From Epiperipatus broadwayi (taxonomy: Eukaryota > Animalia > Onychophora): DNA of 64,000 nucleotides. The notes under the pieces are model-generated. The model searched no databases and was not told the origin of the DNA. It was given only the letters and a program-made list of their open reading frames with translations. Below, one piece after another: positions 37,276-50,111 of the stretch. Each line of letters starts with the position of its first letter. Position 1 is the first letter of the stretch. The position numbers and the translations under genes were made by a program. Location: the NCBI GenBank assembly GCA_028023455.1, contig JAQFVV010000001.1:16182001-16246000 (forward strand), written 5' to 3'.

Positions 37276-38615
37276 AAGATCATTTACCTTTTTCACATGT
37301 ATGTGGTATGTGTATCAGTTGTATAAGATGGAGTGGATAGCTGTAGGGAGAGTATAGATAATATACTTGTATTTAAATATTTAATAATGCTTTAGAATTT
37401 CAAAAATGTTGTAAGAGCTATCAAATAAAAGTGGGAAGATAGGATTAAAGATAAATAATAAAAAGTCTACAGTAATATTCAATGAATTTTCTCAGAAGAT
37501 AATAAAGATTAATAATCATGAATTAAAAGAAATCGACAATTATAAATATCCAGGTCAAATTATTAATAGGGATGGAAATATATTGAATGAAATTAATCAT
37601 AGAATTAAACTTGGATGGAATGCTTTAGATAGAAGTAATATAACATTAAAAGAATTTTTTATGTGTTTAAATAGAAAGGATTTTAATGGACATGTTTTTA
37701 TTTGCATACTTAATAAAAGAACACTTCAGAGACTTTAGACTTCTCAAATAAGTTTGGAGAGATGCATGTTGAGAATATCAAACAAGATCAAAAATGAAAT
37801 ACTTAGGTGAGAGAACAAATATATATTATTGTCATCAATGAATGAAATTAAGAGACTTAAATAGAAGTGGGATTGACATACTATTAGAAGACATGAGAAT
37901 AGATAAACAATAAACTCTTAAAAAAATCTCAAGAGATTGTAAAAGACTTTGAAAAATACCCAATGTTAGTTGAATGGATGAAGTAAGAAAGTTTGCTGAT
38001 GTGATGAGGAAAAATTATGGATCAAAGAAATTGTATTGTAAAGTTTTTAGAAGTTCATTATTGACAATAGAAGACCAATCTATAATAGATTACTGTATAC
38101 AGTAAATATCCATTGATTTCATCATACAAGCCCAGTTCTAACAGAGTCTACATTATAACATATCTTTGCTATAAATACTAGTTGTTAATAATGCAATGTA
38201 TATACTTCTAGAAGAATAGACACTGACTGTGTTTAAGATATATTGGTTTTAAAATATAGTAATTATTAAAATAGATTAAAATTGCTTAAGAATTATATAT
38301 TAATCAAGAAATTAGATTAATCTCCACATACAGAGAAATTTGGAAAATAAATAAAAGAGAAACTGAACATTAATTATCATTGTAAAAAAAATATGTTCTA
38401 ATTGATTACACCAAATACTTGGAAAAGTGTAAATAAACCCAAAGGATTGTAGAAACAGAGGATTAGAGGATTTTCCAGAAGAAACTCAAATTCCAGAGTA
38501 TTCAGTCTGTAGGTAAATAAGTGGGTGCAGAGAAAACATATTCTATAAAGATATTTAGCATTATTTGTAGTTTTCAGATTATTAATATGATAGCAATAAT
38601 TTTTGTGTGCAATTA

Positions 38616-38656
<41 letters not shown>

Positions 38657-39029
38657 GTATTATTTTGGAGTTGGAATATTATTATTAAAATTTTGCCTAG
38701 TAACTTGTCATCTTTTGGGTACTAAATTCTTAATGTCTCTTATTTGTGTGACACATATGAACTTTTTCACATCATATATAATAAATAGAAATTCATAAGC
38801 ATTAGAAGAATATTACAACTTTGAAATCAGTAAATTCAGAAGCCATTCACTCTTAGTGTGAATTCTCCTTTAAAGTCATTACATTCATTTCTTTTCTGTG
38901 ACTATACTATTTATATTTGCTTTAAGACATCTGATTTTTCATTTGACTATTTCTCACGTAAGCCACTGTTGAAGCTATTCCAAATATAAGTCAGTGCAAG
39001 TTATAAGTTAAAAATAAAATTACTGTTAT

Positions 39030-42000
39030 TTTTCCATCAGCTGCAGAAAACTGAAAGAAAACCCTATGATTTCTCTTTGTGGCTTTAATGACACCAAGCA
39101 GGGTAAGTTCCCAATGTCTACTCCATATATTTATGTTATTGCTGATATTAATATATGATTGTTCATAAAGTAAATGAACATGAGTGGACTGCTCACCAAT
39201 ACACACCAGTTAGTGTGGTGAGTTGACTGACCTTTTATTTCTGAGTTTAATATCAAGAAAACAAAACCATAGTCATTCTTCTCAATTATCTGATAATTCA
39301 TAAATAAAATGCCAGTTCATTTCTTGGAAGCAGAATGAATGTGTGAATGATCATAAGGGTGAAGGATACTAAGAATTCTTTGATCATAAACTCAGGTTGC
39401 CAGTCAATGATGACTTTTTATTTAAATTTTTACAACTACAAATTACTTTCAAATAAAAGAAAGTTGACAAATAAAAAACAGAATTATCTAATATTAAACG
39501 GGTTATTATGGGATTTTGTGAAGTTAGAAGAAAAAAAGAAGATTCAATTGATTAAAGTGGAACATACTTTATTACAAAGGTACAAATATTAAAAGCAATA
39601 TTTGGGCTGTGAAAGCATAACATTGTAAATATAGATAGTTTATTAAACAGACAGGCAAGATTCAATTTAATGGAAGGTATCAAATACAGATAATATAGGT
39701 TTATACCCCAGAAAATAATTATTGTGATGAAGAAGTAGAAGATTTTTATATGAATGTACAAAATGCTTTTGATCACACTAAATAAAAATTGTTATGGGAG
39801 ACTTTAAGACATAAGTTATTGTGAGTAAATTTGGTTATGCTGATAGAAATGAGAGAGGATACAGACTTGTAGAGTTTACAGGAAAAATAATTGTATATAA
39901 TGAAACCTTTTTTTGAGGAAAATGCTAAACAGATGTGAACATGGAAGCATCCAAATGAAGACACTGTAGAATTGAACTTTTGACTAACAGAAAGTATGTG
40001 AGATTGTTCTTAATAAATTCAAAACAGGAAGTAAAATCATTCATTAATGAAATAAAAGATAGGGTTAATGCTAAACTAAAAAGATGAAAACTATTAAGAA
40101 AGTCAATTTTCAAATGTATCATTGTAACCTATGGAATGCTATATCTATGTTCCCACTGTATTTCACACTTTGATGCATCCTTTATATTGTATTCTTTTCT
40201 GTAAATAAAGTTTATTTTTGAAATGAACTATTAAGAAAGTCACTACACCTCAGAAACACTCTTGAAAATTGTTACAAAGTATTAATAAACTTTGAAGAAT
40301 CAATAGAAAGATAACTGATACTCTATTAAGAACTGCCATAAAGATAGCTGATATAAAAAGCTGCAATTTATTAGTAAATTTTCTATTAAGTCAAGGGGAT
40401 GAATAAAATAAAGATGAAAATTTTTAATAATGATCTATCTATTAAAAAGAACTGAATATCTAAAGTTTTGTAAATTTATACAAAAAGAGTTATTAAAGAT
40501 GTAAGAAAATATAGTTGTGATTTGACAAGAAAAACTATAGAAGATAATCTCGTAAGTGTAAAACAACATTCTAGTACTAGAAGAAAAGTTGTTTCTGCTA
40601 TAAGAAGAAAATCTGGAACTATTATTAAAAAGAAAGATGATACCATGAAATATGTGAAAGAGTTCTAAATATATATATAGTAATAAGTGACACAGAAAAA
40701 AGTAAACCCTACAGTTACTATTACTTCTGATTTACTCAGCATTTTAAATGAAGCAATGAGTAGTATAATGTCAATGTTGTTTAAATCTATGAAGAAGAGA
40801 AAAACTTCAGGAAAATTTTATTAATATTTTAAAAGAGGCAGATAAAGAAATAGAAAAATGTTAATGAAGTTATATACTAAATGTCCAAATGATAAAGATG
40901 TATCTGATAATTAGAAAAATTCAGTAGTAATATTGATTCATAAGTAAGATCATAAAGAAGATTTTAAAAAATATAGATTTATCAGTCTTCTATCAGCTAT
41001 ATATTAAATCCTTACCCCAAGATAACTACAACAAACTTTAGATTTTATTAATAAAAAAAAATAAAAAAACACAAGCTGGATTTAAAAGACGTAGCATGAA
41101 AAATCATATCCAAGGTATTGAGAGAAATTATAGAAAGAACCAATAAAAATGACTTGCCATTATACTTTATATTTGCACATGATAACAAGCTGAATTTAAA
41201 AATAGTTTTCCACAGAAAATCACATTCAAGATATGAAATTACCATTATACTTTGGATATTTTGATTCTGTAACCATTTATAGGTTGATTAAAGCTTTGAA
41301 TCATCAAGACATATATCTAAGATATTGTCATATTCTGAAAAATATTTAACAAAATGCATCAGCAATGATGATCTAAGAAGATCAACATTGAGAAAAGTTT
41401 ACAACAGGATGACTCCAAATTTCAACAAATTTTTGAAACACGTTTACAAGAAGTATTTTGTGGATCAAAAATGGAAAACTATAAAAATAAAAGCAAATGG
41501 AGATGGTTTAAGTGATGTAAATTTTGCAGATGATCCTTTAGCAGAGCTTCTGGAAATATTTCAAGAGTTATCAGATGAAAAGTAAAAAAGGAGGACTAAA
41601 AATAAGTGCTAAAAAGATTAAAATAATGTTCACCCGATTTTCTCAGAAGAAGAAAATAAAGATTGATTATCATAAAATCAAAGAAGTTAACCAATATCTA
41701 TAACTTAATCAGATTATTAACACAGTGAAAATACAATGCTGAAATTCAACATAGAATAAATTTGGATGAAGGAACTTAATATTAAAAGATGATATTGTGT
41801 TTGAAAAGAAACATTTTTTTTAGTAGATGCCTTTTATAAGTTCTTACTTATGGATATGAGACTGGTCACTTTATAGAAGATCAATTCACAGACTTCAGAT
41901 TTCTTATTGAAGTATGGACAGATGTATGTTAGTAGAAATAAGAAGAGGTGGAAATCGAAATACATGATTAAAAGAACAAATAGGTACCAGTGACATCAAT

Positions 42001-42245
42001 GAAAAAATGAACTTGCTAGAAGAAATGATAATAAATAAATGAGCAGTTGAAATCATAAATGTGATCCCAAGTTATGATAAAAGATATGAAAGAAGGTTTT
42101 CTTGTTGTTGTGGATATGAGAAGTTAAAGATCGGGAAAATTGGATGAGAGACTTTCAATCTAGTTGAAAAATAATAATTTCTCATTATATTCACGAGAGT
42201 CAATTCATTATTTCAATGTATGATTTCATCCTGAATGGAGATAAT
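39030..42245 (+). mobile_element. Old, near full-length (~3.2 kb) RTE LINE, heavily decayed
   Basis: 5' region shared with the 30290 and 44050 copies; endonuclease-like segment (atgggagacttt); RT segments (aattttgcagatgat = NFADD at 41521); 3' end ttcatcctgaatgga near 42230. Confidence 0.85.
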
Positions 42246-42299
42246 TCAACTTTACTGTTCAATATTTAAAAATTATATTAGATTGCTGGAAAGTTAGGT

Positions 42300-43022
42300 A
42301 GATCGCATCTATCTCTATCTTTTGACTCATCAGAAATGAGCAAGATTCTCGAAAATTAAGTTACCTTATATCACTCTCTCTTCTATAAAAAACATTGTAG
42401 CAGGACTCTAATTAAAAATATTCCACGTATGCTTTATTTAAATATATCTATAATCAAAACTAAAAGCGGACCTTTAAAAACAAAACAAAACAATAACATG
42501 ATCCATTAATTAATAATTTAATTTATTAAAATTAAATTTTTTATAAATATCTGTTTTTAGCGACCTAATTTAAAATTCTTAAACGGAATACCGTGATTTA
42601 ATTTTTATAGGAAAAAATAAACGTTGTAAAATATAATTAAACAAATATGAAATAAAATTCAGATGTCACTTTGATGAAATTAATGAGTTATTGTTCTCCT
42701 AATTAAATAAATAAATAGCGCCAAACTTTTTGGCTTAGGTTTACATATTTTCCAATAGCAACATTTTTTTTTTTTTGATAATAATAATAAAAAAGAGAGA
42801 TAAATTTATTCAAACCAATGACGTCTTTAAAAAATCACATAACTACATACAAAGATTAGTTTTAGTTTATCTTGCACAATGATGTCAATTATCGAAAATT
42901 ACTCTAATTTTGAGAAATAGCATTTTATCTGTTATCTCACGATAAAATTGATATAAAACGATTTTTTGCTAGGAAAAACGTGGAAAAAGAATTATAGCAA
43001 GTAGTGAATAGTTTTTTAAGGA
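42300..43022 (+). promoter_or_regulatory. CpG-retaining promoter/5' UTR region of the MCT gene
   Basis: CG dinucleotides are visibly more frequent at about 42300-44000 than in the flanks. The region lies immediately upstream of the ATG at 43023. Confidence 0.5.
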
Positions 43023-43272
43023 ATGAAGGCGGTATCAGGGCACAAGGAAAGTTCCCAGTTAGAAAATGGAAAAATGGAGCGAGAAGTGAAGCCATTAGAC
43101 GGCGGCTGGGGATGGTTAGTTGTTTTTGGATGTGCCCTGGTAAATTTCACATTAGGAGGTTTATACAAATCGTGTGGTGTCTTTTTTGTTGAATTCATGA
43201 ATACATTTGGTGGAACAGCGTTTGGAACAGCTTTAAGTTCATCTCTTTTTTCGGGAGTTTCATATTTAGTCG
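43023..43272 (+). CDS. SLC16/monocarboxylate transporter family MFS protein, first coding exon
   Basis: MKAVSG...PLDGGWGWLVVFGCALVNF...GVFFVEFMNTF...SSSLFSGVSYLV includes the SLC16 N-terminal P-DGGWGW signature. Donor G|GTAAGA at 43273, phase 1. Confidence 0.93.
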
Positions 43273-45751
43273 GTAAGAATTATAATTATAATTTATGTAG
43301 TATTAATCAATACCTATAACCGAGGGATTAATTGTTATAATATTTCGTTATTTTTCAAACTTTATATATTACATTTTAGATTAGGACGATGTACATATAA
43401 CCATGTTACAATTAATGTATATCTAAAATTAAAATTGTATTTACCTCACAATTTAAAATTAAAACAGCGAATGAAGTTTTTATGCTACAGTAATTATCTA
43501 ATTTTTACTAAGCGGTACGGAAAATATTCAGTTTAGAAATAATAAGAAAAAAACTTTGTATAATAAAATACATCCGCATTAAATTATGAAACTTGGTTGT
43601 TGCTTTTGTTAAAATAAATATAAATTTAACAAATCAATACACTATATCGAGTTCTTTGTGTGCTCAAAGCTAAAAATGCGTTCGTTTGAATTATAATTTA
43701 ACCGATGAAATGAAAAAGATTTCAATTCCACCTACTTGCATAGAAAATAAGTAATCTCATCTTTTTCTCATAACATTGAAATATTTTTTCATTATGTATT
43801 ATATAATGTACTCAAGATAACGAATATGATCACCACAGAATTCATCAATGTAATTAGGGGTTTGAAACTGAGTGAAGCGTTGAAAATTTTTCACAAAGCT
43901 TAAGACTTTTTCAGTTAGTCTAATGTAGTTTTAATGCAGCTAATATGCAATTATTGAATAATAAACGATTACCTGGGAATCGTAAACTTGCTCGAAAAGT
44001 TATTTCTATTTAAAAACATTCTCCAAAATCTATTCTCTATTTAAAAGAACTGAGCAGGTAAATTTTTAATGCTCTGTTCTTCCTGTTGATAGCAGCTGTT
44101 ATTACCATATGATATTTTTGTAATACATCAGGAAGTGTGATGAATTTATTGATTTTTTACCTCTAAGTTTAATTAAGATCAAGAAATACTATGGTCTTCT
44201 CAGTTAATTGATAGTTCTTAATTGAAATATCAGTTGAGTTTTCTTGAAGTCAAAATGAATGTTGTCTGTGAGTGAATTTTTTTAAATAGATATTTACAAT
44301 CATGATAGACAAAACTAAATTGTGGCTCTTTTTCCTGGGAGACAGTAAAGTCACCAACAAAGACAACAATTAGTAACTGAAGTCAGAAGGTGTTAAAAAT
44401 CCTCTTACAACTGCAGATCATTTTCAAAAAAAGGAAGATAGCAAGAAATGGAAAACGATCTAATATTAAATAGGACATTGATGGAATTTGTGAAGTTAGA
44501 AGACAAAGTGAAAAGACAATTGTTTTAAAAAATGGACTTATATATTATTATAAAGACACAAATATTAAAACGCAATTTGAGTTGGATTCATTATAAATAA
44601 AAAATGGAAGAAAATATTGTGGAGAGTCATAGTGCATCAGACAGAGTGACAAGATTGGTTATTCAGGTTTATGCATCAACAAGTTATTATTGTTGTAAAG
44701 AAATAGATGATTTTTATATTTTCAAAATTGACATGGAAGACTTAGTGCTACAATTAGTAAACAATTAAAAAATAAAAGTGTTGTGGAATTAGCAGAAAAA
44801 TAAAAATTTTAAATTATGAATTATTTCTTCAAGGAAAATGCTAAATGGAAATTGATATGGAAACAGCCAAATGAAGATACAACAGAATTAGAATATATTT
44901 TGACTAACAGAAAATATATATTCCAAGATTGTAATATTCTTAATAAATTCAGCACAGGAAGCAAACATCGATTAGTGAGATGTAAGATATGTATTAATGC
45001 AAAACTAGAAAGACAAAAATTATTAAAAAAAAGCAGAATTTACAGTCTATATTTCTAACTTTCATAAACATTTCAGTGAATTTAAATTAAAACTTGCAAA
45101 TCATTTTAAAATATTAGAATTTTAAAGATGGTTCAGATTGGAATGCAGTCAATAGGAAGAGAACTGATGCACTTTTAACAATTGCAACAAAGATAGGTGG
45201 TACAAAAAAGCAGCAACTGACCAAAAAACGTTTTTTTATTAATAAGACAATTTAAGAAGAAAAAAGGAATATAAAAATATGTAAAAATGGTTTATTAACA
45301 AGGATTAATATCAAGAATTTTGTAAAATAGTATGAAAAAAAAGTTAATACTGTTATTATTGTGAAATAGCAAGGAAAACTATAGCAGAGAATAAAAGTAT
45401 CAAAAGTGTAAAACAACATCTTTTAGCATTAGTAGAAAACATATTTCTGCAATAAGAAAAAAAAAAGTAACTATAAAGAGAAATAACATTATGAGATTTG
45501 TGAAAGTATATAGCAAAAAAGAACAGAAAAAAAACAAAACAAAGAATCTTACAATCATATATTTTTTGAATTGTATGTAATGGCATTTACATTTTCATTA
45601 ACTACTTTAAAATGCAATCTAATAAAATAAAATTTATTCCTTTATATTTGGTTTAATTTTCAACTGACCAGCCATCTTCATCAGAGTTACATTCAAATAT
45701 GTATACTGTTAGACCATGTCACATGACCTAATTTAACAAGCTTGTATTACA

Positions 45752-45838
45752 AATGTTATATATAGAGCTTGCAAATAAGCTCTTAACAAGCTCTGCGAAG
45801 CTTGTTAAAGCTTATTTGTGAGCTCTATATATAACATT
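45752..45838. repeat. ~87 bp imperfect palindrome
   Basis: aatgttatatatagagct..aaataagct..ttaacaagct / ctgcga / agcttgttaaagcttattt..agctctatatataacatt. Confidence 0.85.
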
Positions 45839-45999
45839 CATATTTATATATAATTATATAACATGTTATGTATAAGATCCTACATTATGGATTTTAAAGA
45901 ATAACATTTTTTAATGAACTCAGTAACTATATAGTTTTATAAATATTAATCTTTTATTCTTATTTTTGATTGATTTCTTTTTCACACTGTTTTATATAT

Positions 46000-46330
46000 A
46001 TATCATTTTCAACCATTATCAATCAAATGCAGAGTGAAGGTCTCTCCAAGTTCATTCCATTCTCTCTGATATATAGACTATCTTCTCCACATCACTGCAT
46101 CACTCTTCCTTGTTTCATTCATTCATCTCAGAGATGGTCCCTTTCAAAGTCTTTTACAATCACTTGGAATCCAGTTTAAAATTTCAACTATCCATCTATA
46201 TCATTTCTTTTAGCAATATTTCCAGCCCAATTCCACTTAAGTTTCTTAATCATTTCAATGATATCAGAAACATATATTTGTTATCTCACCCATGTATTTC
46301 ATTTTCGAACTTTTGTTATTACTTCTAACA
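46000..46330 (-). mobile_element. Antisense RTE 3'-end fragment nested in the intronic RTE
   Basis: The reverse complement contains aagtggaattgggctggaaatattg, aaactggattccaag and gaacttggagagaccttca, matching 2400-2615. Confidence 0.85.
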
Positions 46331-49276
46331 CACACAATATATATATATAATTTTTTATTTCTATTGCTTTTAAATCTTTTAATAATTTAATTAATTTTTA
46401 TTACTTTAACTATTCCACTATAATTTTAATCATGCATTATATGATATAATTATACATTTCTACTTCTGGATTGCTTAGGATTTTAAATAAAGAAGTGAGG
46501 CATGCAATTAAATCTATAAAGAATGTAAAAGCTCCAGGTAATAATGGAATTGTAATTGATATTTTAAACAAAACCAGATGAAGAAATAGAAAAATTGTTG
46601 GATACTAAATATCCCAATGATAAAGATGTACCTGATGACTGGAAGAATTCAGTACTAGCATTAATATTTAAATAAGGTAATAAAGAAGATATTAGAAATT
46701 ACAGACCTATGAGTCTTTTATTAGTTCTATACAAAATTTTTGCTTTGCCATTATGCTTTGGATTTGTAGAATATGAAAAGACATTTGATTCTATAAGCAT
46801 TTCTTCAGTAATTAGAGCAATGAATTATCAAAATATAGATCTAGAATATTGTCATATTTATCAAAATGCAATAGCAATGATTAGATTATATAATGAGACT
46901 AAAAACATTCACATTGAGAAGAGTGTATGACAGGGTAATTCCATATGTCTAAAAGTTTTTACAGCAGTTTTGCAAAAAGTATTTTGTGGATTAAAAAGAG
47001 GAGCCAAAAGAGTAAAAGAAAATGGAGATTATTTAAATCATCTAGATTTTGAAGATGATGTAATTGTTTTTGGAAATAATGCTTCCAGAGCTTCAAAAAA
47101 TGTTATGAGTTACCAGATAAAACTAAAAAAGTAAAACTAAAGGCTAAATGTTAAAAAGTCTAAAGTAATTTTCAATGGATTTTTCTAAAAGAAGAAATTG
47201 AAGATTGACAATGATGAATTGTAAGAAGTTAACAACTACAAATTATTAATTTAGATGAAACCATAATTGATGAAATTAATATATAAAATTAAACTTGGAT
47301 GGCATGCTCTTGGTATAAACAACTTAATATTAAAAGAAAATATACCTATATTTTTTTAAAAAGAAAGATTTTTAATAAATGTGTTTTACCAATTTTTAGT
47401 TATGGATCTGAAACTTGGTAACTTAACAGAAGAGCAATTCGGAGATATAAGAGCACTCAGTAAATTGTAGAGAAATGTATATTAGGAGTAACAAGAAGGG
47501 ATTGAAAACAAAATACATGGATGAGAGAACAAATAGATGTTATTGATGTCATTGAAAGAATCAAGAGACTGAAACAGAATTGGGATGAACATATTGTTAA
47601 AAGAGATGGATAATATTTTGCAAAAGATTAATAAAAGACATACAAAGAGACTATACATTAGAAGAATGGATAAAATAAAAATATGCAGGAGTATTGTGGA
47701 GGAAAAGGTTAGAGATCAGAAAAACTGGATTAAACTTGATGGGATTTTTATTCTGCAGTGGACTGATAATGGTTTAAAATGATGATGATGATGACATTAA
47801 AAAACAAATTGTTTCACCACTTATTTCCCACAATGAATACTGTAGACAAGCAGTCATCGTTATAACATTTCTGATAGTTTATTATTGCTTTTATCTAATA
47901 TTTAATGTTGATTATTACAGGCAATAAAAACACAATAGTCATAATATTAAATTTACATGTATATAAAAAGTTATATGTCTTATATGTATGAAATATCTTT
48001 ACAATTTTGATCACAAATTCCAAATTCAGAACAAACTTCTGTTAAAAATGTAAAGACATTCAATACAGTCACATGCAAAATATCCAAGCTATATTATAAT
48101 GATTGTTGTGTACAGTTTGCAAAAGGTTTCATTATTTAGAGATATAGTTCAAATTTGAGATGGTGTTATGAGGTAAACTATTCTGTTATTTGATTCCACT
48201 TTTTTGTCCTGAGAACTTAACACATAGTGATACAAATCCAATTAAAATTCTTTTATTGCAAAGCAATTATTTGCTTCAGCAAGTCAATATTAACTAGAGA
48301 AAATTAACTTTAATCTAAAAAAAAAAAGGATAAAATATATTGTTAAACAATTCAGCAATTACAGATTTGTTCCACCTTGGCCCATCTAAGTGCTTGTAAT
48401 TTTTTTGTTGTTGAGATATTCATATGTATGTAAACTCAATTGATAATTTATACAAAATGTTAAGATTATTTGTGAATTTTATTTGGGATTTGACAAAAGG
48501 TTCAATTGATTAAGAAGTAAATCATGTGCACACACAACTTTGTGATGGATTTAAATGATTTATATAAACATTAAAAAAAGGTTCATCATAAAATAAAATA
48601 TTGTTTAAAAATTTATAATCTGATCAATTTCTTTATCCAAGATAGTCTGTGCAAAAATTTTACTAGCAATTCTTTAACTGCTTGATTTTTAGTAAAAAGC
48701 CATTGGCTTGTGAGGATATAATTAAAATATTTATATGAGTTTTTATTTACTGACATTTAAAACAATTATAGCTTGCATGTTGCAATTTATTTGGACTTGT
48801 ATCGGATTGCAAAGAAAGTTTATAGTGCAGCTCTGAATATTGAAATGCTACAAAAAATTACATTCAGAAATAGCAAGAAATAGAAAACTCTACCAATGAT
48901 ATAATAAAATATCCCTCAACTTTGTTTCTTAACTGTCTCAATTATTTATGCAGATAATTAACGCACAAAATGCCAAATAATTGATTTGAGGGATTGAGGA
49001 CTAAGATATAATTTTAAAAAACTTAAATATTTAAAAAAAAAAAATAAAAGTATCGCTTCCATGACTAAATATCATATTATATAGTTGCTTTTTAAAATTA
49101 TTGATTTTAAAATGCCCTACATGGTTTAGTGCAGTGATAGAGTATCAGGCTTTAGAGCATAAAGTCCTTGTATTTAAAATGCTGAAGTTTCTTAAACAAT
49201 AAAGCTTTTCAAATATTTATTTTATTTTTTATTTAATTTTAGTATCCAATGCAATGTTATATTTTATCAATTTTAG

Positions 49277-49420
49277 CTCCTGTTGCTTGTGGGCTTACTC
49301 ATCGTTTTGGCTGCCGAGTCGTTGTCTTTTGGGGAGCCATTTTAGGAACGCTTGGTCTAATCTTATCATTTTTTGCAACCAAATTAAATCACCTTTATTT
49401 CAGTTATGGAATTATTTCTG
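49277..49420 (+). CDS. SLC16/MCT gene, second coding exon (144 nt)
   Basis: Acceptor ttttag at 49276, phase 1 joins exon 1 in frame: (A)PVACGLTHRFGCRVVVFWGAILGTLGLILSFFATKLNHLYFSYGIIS(G). Donor G|GTAAGT at 49421. Confidence 0.93.
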
Positions 49421-50055
49421 GTAAGTATTTTGTTTGCTTTTTATCCATCCTACAGTATTACTGATTATGCATCGTTTTGATTCTCAGGGAATTAATATTT
49501 TATTTTTTAGAAAGAATACAGTATTAAAATATTTTTAAACTCTCAGGGATGTATTATAATGAGCTTAAAGCAGGTTTTTTAAATAGATTATAAAGCTCTC
49601 ATGTATAGGCAGTTTTCAATTTATATAAATCCAACTTACAGAAATGCGTGTTTGTGTTAAAAAAATATATAACAATTTTAAAAATGTGATGCTGTATAAA
49701 CATTTCTTGTGACATAATAAAATAATTAAATTCACTTGTTTAAAAAATATTTTTATATTCTGCATCTAAATTGAAAAATTGTTGTTGTTTTTTTTAGCTA
49801 AAATTCAATTTAAGCAAAAAGTTGTTGGATGGAAATCTAAGTAGAGTCCTTTAGATATTAACAAATTTTCTTTAAAGAGAGTTTTTTTTAAAAAAACAAA
49901 ACCTTAAGATAATTAAAACAATAAGAACGTTAGAAGTTATGCTTGATTTTTCAATATTATAAAATTTGATAAAAAAATTACTAAAATATGATTTAACTAT
50001 TTTGAAAATCTATACTTTCGTTATTCTGCCTTTTATCAAGTTTTAATATTTTTCT

Positions 50056-50111
50056 CATGTGTCATAGCATCAGCCAGGAAGCGAACCCGCTGACCTCTCG
50101 ACCACCAATGC
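50056..50111 (-). mobile_element. Internally deleted tRNA-Gly-derived SINE copy
   Basis: Minus strand reads GCATTGGTGGTCGAGAGGT-CAGC-GGGTTCGCTTCCTGGCTGATGC-TATGACACATG, sharing both ends and the tail with 28473-28570. Confidence 0.8.

Larger units (their letters stand above)
36310..37345. repeat. Family C hammerhead repeat array: about 1.2 direct units of 473 bp followed by an inverted, permuted unit
   Basis: aagatagcaaatcttcaaac at 36360 and 36833. The segment ~36925-37345 is the reverse complement and crosses the unit junction. HHR motifs lie at 36738-36779 (-) and 37236-37275 (+). Confidence 0.88.
30290..38070 (+). mobile_element. Old full-length RTE LINE split by three later insertions
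   Basis: Collinear RTE segments at about 30290-30570 (5' region shared with the 39030 and 44050 copies), 30880-32265, 35591-36170 and 37390-38070. Homology to 840-2640 resumes where it left off after each interruption. Confidence 0.75.
44050..47795 (+). mobile_element. Decayed RTE LINE in intron 1 of the MCT gene, interrupted at about 45600-46450
   Basis: 5' region, endonuclease region, RT region (ctagattttgaagatgatg; tatggatctgaaacttgg) and a (GAT)n tail at 47779-47795. Confidence 0.85.

Noticed and set aside
39041-39102. Apparent 62-nt exon (catcag|...CAGG|GTAAGT)
   Set aside because: The segment aligns with 30295-30370, the 5' region of another RTE copy, so it is RTE sequence and not a host exon.
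45645-45690. Minus-strand CTGATGA...GAAA
   Set aside because: Stem II forms only with several wobble pairs, and no stem III or cleavage triplet can be built.
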